From Zygophlyctis sp. KS116 (taxonomy: Eukaryota > Fungi > Chytridiomycota): DNA of 7,258 nucleotides. Every line of letters begins with the position of its first letter. The first letter of the stretch is position 1. Both the position numbers and the translations under genes were made by a program. Of the stretch, positions 4,634 to 7,258 are shown piece by piece. The notes under the pieces were generated by a model. That model was not told the DNA's origin. It worked only from the letters and a program-made list of their open reading frames with translations, and did not search any database. The stretch lies in the NCBI GenBank assembly GCA_054661495.1, contig BAAFSQ010000410.1, positions 1 to 7,258 on the forward strand, given 5' to 3'.

Positions 4634-7258
4634 ATGACTTGCATCATACGCTGGACCAGTTGGTTAAGTACGTCATCAGATATGTTTTCCCAATCAAAAG
4701 ACTCTCGAAATACTTTGGCTTCTCAGGAAATTGTTAATGAAATGCAGCAGGAAAGCCGAGATGCTCATATCGGTATTAAAGATAGAATGGCAATAATTGA
4801 TGTACTAGAAATAATATTGATTTTAGGATACTCCAGATGAAGATGGCAGAACTGTTTTATTTTCAGAGTTAGGCATAGATATCATACATTTAAATATTCA
4901 ACCGGTTATCAAGCCTATTGATAAGCCTGCTCTCCGCTCACCCATGGATAGGCCTGTTTATTTTACGTCAAGATGGAAAAGTATTCAGACTGATCATCCG
5001 GAAACAAAAAGATATGCTCATTGGAGAAGTATTCTTTCAGTTGTAAGTGCAGATCAAGTTCAAAAGACAAAAGAGATTTGCAATGATTGGGAGGAGAAAG
5101 AAAAGAATATTTGGAAATTGGGAACTCTCAAATATAAAAAGAAGATTGTTCATTTTCCTCCAGGTATTATAAGATAAGGAATCTAAATTGATAGTTAAAG
5201 AGTCTCATCAGGCTTTATCAGGAAAATTAGAATCTAAAGATCCTAACAAAATTATGGATAATTCTCCAAAAGATAATGTAATTGAAAAACCTGGAGTTTT
5301 ATCTTTGGAAAAGGATCTCATTCCAAAACTCAGTGAACAATCAGTAAAAGAAACAAAAAATCAAATTGTCGATGAAAACAAGGAGAAGACTGTGCTTGAA
5401 AATGATTATGCATTGAAAATGGACGAGCTTATAACATATATAAAAGTTGGAAAAGTAACAGAGGAAACCTCCAAAAATCCTTTGGAGAAAACGGTCAATG
5501 ATAGTACTGAAAAGACAAATCAGGATTTTGCCAAAAGCGCTATATCTTTAGCTGAAAATCACGATTCAAACCATTCGATAATTTCTGATAAAATGCAAGA
5601 TAAACAGATGTCACAAATTATTTCTAAAGATCAAATTGACGATTTCGAATTGATTGGAAATAAAAAAGAATCGAATGAATCTATTCCCTCATCTCAAGAA
5701 GATGTAGAACAAATATCGAAACAAATTCAAGACCTTTTTACAGAGTGGGGAAGAGATGAATATGTCAAGAAACCAATCAAAATGACAAAACCTTCCAAGA
5801 TGAAACAAACAGCTTCGTCTAAAGCATTGACAGGAGACGATTTTGAATTACTGAACCCATCAATCATATCTTCTATTTTGGGGAAGACGAATGGGAGTCA
5901 GAAAGATAAAAATGGCTCTCAAGACTATATTATAGTTAAAAATGTTCCTAGTGCCATCCAAATTATGACATTAGATACTCTACAAAATCAAAATGATCAT
6001 CAAGTTGTGCAGCCTTTACCTCAAACGTTAAATAATAGTAATAACAAGCTTATGGAAAAATACGATCCCTTTGATAAAACAGAAGCTTCTAAAATTTTAA
6101 CAGACTCTAAACATTATTCCATCGAATTTACACAGAATAAAGGCAAATCTATAGAAAATCCTGAAACAGAAAACGCTCGCATGGGATTTAATGACGAAGC
6201 TTACAATCTTAGTAGAGAATCAATTAAAAACGGTAATAACTACGATGAGCGAGAAGAAGAAAGTCATAAATCTATTGAAGATATTGATAGACTCTCACAA
6301 AATTTAAAAGATACGGAAGAGCACAGACTTATGAATTCAAATATCGATAAAAATGAAGAATATATCCGGAATATTAGCTTGCATGAATATGCTTCTGATA
6401 GGATCCAGAAAAGTATATATGATTTGAATAATAACTTTGGTACTGAAACATCGGATTCAAAAGCTAAAATGTTTCAAGTTGAGCAGGACAGCACACAAGA
6501 AAGAGGCCTTAAAGTAAAAAATCCGATAAATTATGAAATTTATAAAGAAATTACCAGCGGTACTGGTGCTTTTATTAGCCAGGAATATAGATTACCAGAA
6601 AATGCTCAGACTGATCTCTTAAGCCGTTCTAATTTGCCACCACTTCCAAGTCTGAATACTCTAAAGAAATCATACAGTGATGATCTTTATTCTTCTGTAG
6701 ATAACAATTCTGTTCAAGATATATCAGAAGAAACGCATCGGCTCCAAGAGTTCGAGAAAACGCTGTCAAAAGGAGATAGTATGATTCCAAATTCTTTGTC
6801 GATATTAGCTGAAAACGATTTCGATTCTAAAATGGGCAAAACTGTGGAACAGGGCTTCGTGAATTCAACCTATTCTGAAGTCAACGATTATGAAATCAGA
6901 ACTGGAAAATCATCTGAAGCTAACATTTATGAATTAGCATCAGCAGAAATAAACTCGGCTCATACACTCGATCATAAATCAGAAACAGCAGAAATAAACT
7001 CGGTTCATTCATCGACTCGTGAATTAGCACAAGAAGAACTAAACTCGGCTCATTTAATTGATCCTAAATCTGCAACAGCAGAAATAAACTCGGCTCATTT
7101 AATTGATCATAAATCAACAACAGCAGAAATAAACTCGGTTCATTCATCGACTCGTGAATTAGCACAAGAAGCACTAAACTCGGTTCATTCATCGACTCGT
7201 GAATTAGCACAAGAAGCACTAAACTCGGTTCATTCATCGACTCGTGAATTAGCACAAG
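4634..7258 (+). CDS. Large protein of unknown function, 3'-partial (>850 aa). Exons 4634 (or 4682)-4801, 4827-5163, 5195->7258. A short Trp-containing N-terminal region precedes a long acidic low-complexity region and 15-aa repeats
   Basis: ORF-track pieces 4634-4840 and 4944-5177 are joined by two tiny GT-AG introns to a reading frame that I translated stop-free from 5197 to the window end (>2 kb, E/D/K/N/S-rich). That frame is absent from the ORF track because it has no stop in the window. The start codon is uncertain. Confidence 0.85.
4802..4826 (+). other. Spliceosomal intron 1 of unknown gene, 25 nt, phase 0
   Basis: GTACTAGAAATAATATTGATTTTAG. Removal joins MAIID|DTPDEDG and links two otherwise out-of-frame ORFs. 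Confidence 0.8.
5164..5194 (+). other. Spliceosomal intron 2 of unknown gene, 31 nt, phase 1
   Basis: CAG|GTATTATAAGATAAGGAATCTAAATTGATAG|TT has a CTAA branch-like motif. Removal joins HFPP-V-KESHQ into the long open frame. Confidence 0.85.
6931..7258 (+). repeat. Coding minisatellite, 45-nt period (15 aa), at least 7 units of two variants, running off the window
   Basis: The anchor AACTCGG(C/T)TCAT recurs at 6952, 6997, 7042, 7087, 7132, 7177 and 7222. Variant A is NSAH(T/L)(L/I)D(H/P)KSxTAEI and variant B is NSVHSSTRELAQE(E/A)L, in the order A-B-A-A-B-B-B. Confidence 0.97.

Noticed and set aside
7064-7255. 63-aa minus-strand ORF
   Set aside because: It is the antisense shadow of the coding repeat on the plus strand.
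6931-7258. CRISPR-like look of a conserved core alternating with variable segments
   Set aside because: The 'spacers' are only two recurring variants, the period is a multiple of 3 inside an open frame, the context is eukaryotic and there are no cas genes.

Overview
AT-rich, very gene-dense eukaryotic nuclear DNA in the standard genetic code. It is most likely from an early-diverging, chytrid-like fungus, which is an inference from protein features only. There are four protein-coding genes separated by 90-141 nt. (1) A MAK/ICK/Ime2-family CMGC kinase (+, 331-2588, at least 6 exons). (2) An apparently intronless type-I membrane protein with a Ser/Thr-rich ectodomain and Mid2/Wsc-like architecture (+, 2730-3500). 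(3) A CAF16/ABCI-type soluble ABC ATPase (-, 3591-4503, 4 exons). (4) A large, mostly low-complexity protein of unknown function (+, ~4634 to beyond 7258) with two DDFEL[IL] LIR-like motifs, an RVxF-like motif and a two-variant 45-nt (15-aa) tandem repeat. The main observation is that all ten introns I can reconstruct are tiny GT-AG introns of 25-31 nt (mean about 27), usually with a T-R-A branch-like motif a few nt before the AG. Some are stop-free multiples of 3 hidden inside the supplied ORFs, so the ORF track fragments or mistranslates three of the four genes. Recurring short motifs (GCCGCTNA, GATCGG, bZIP-like sites) cluster in the small upstream regions.
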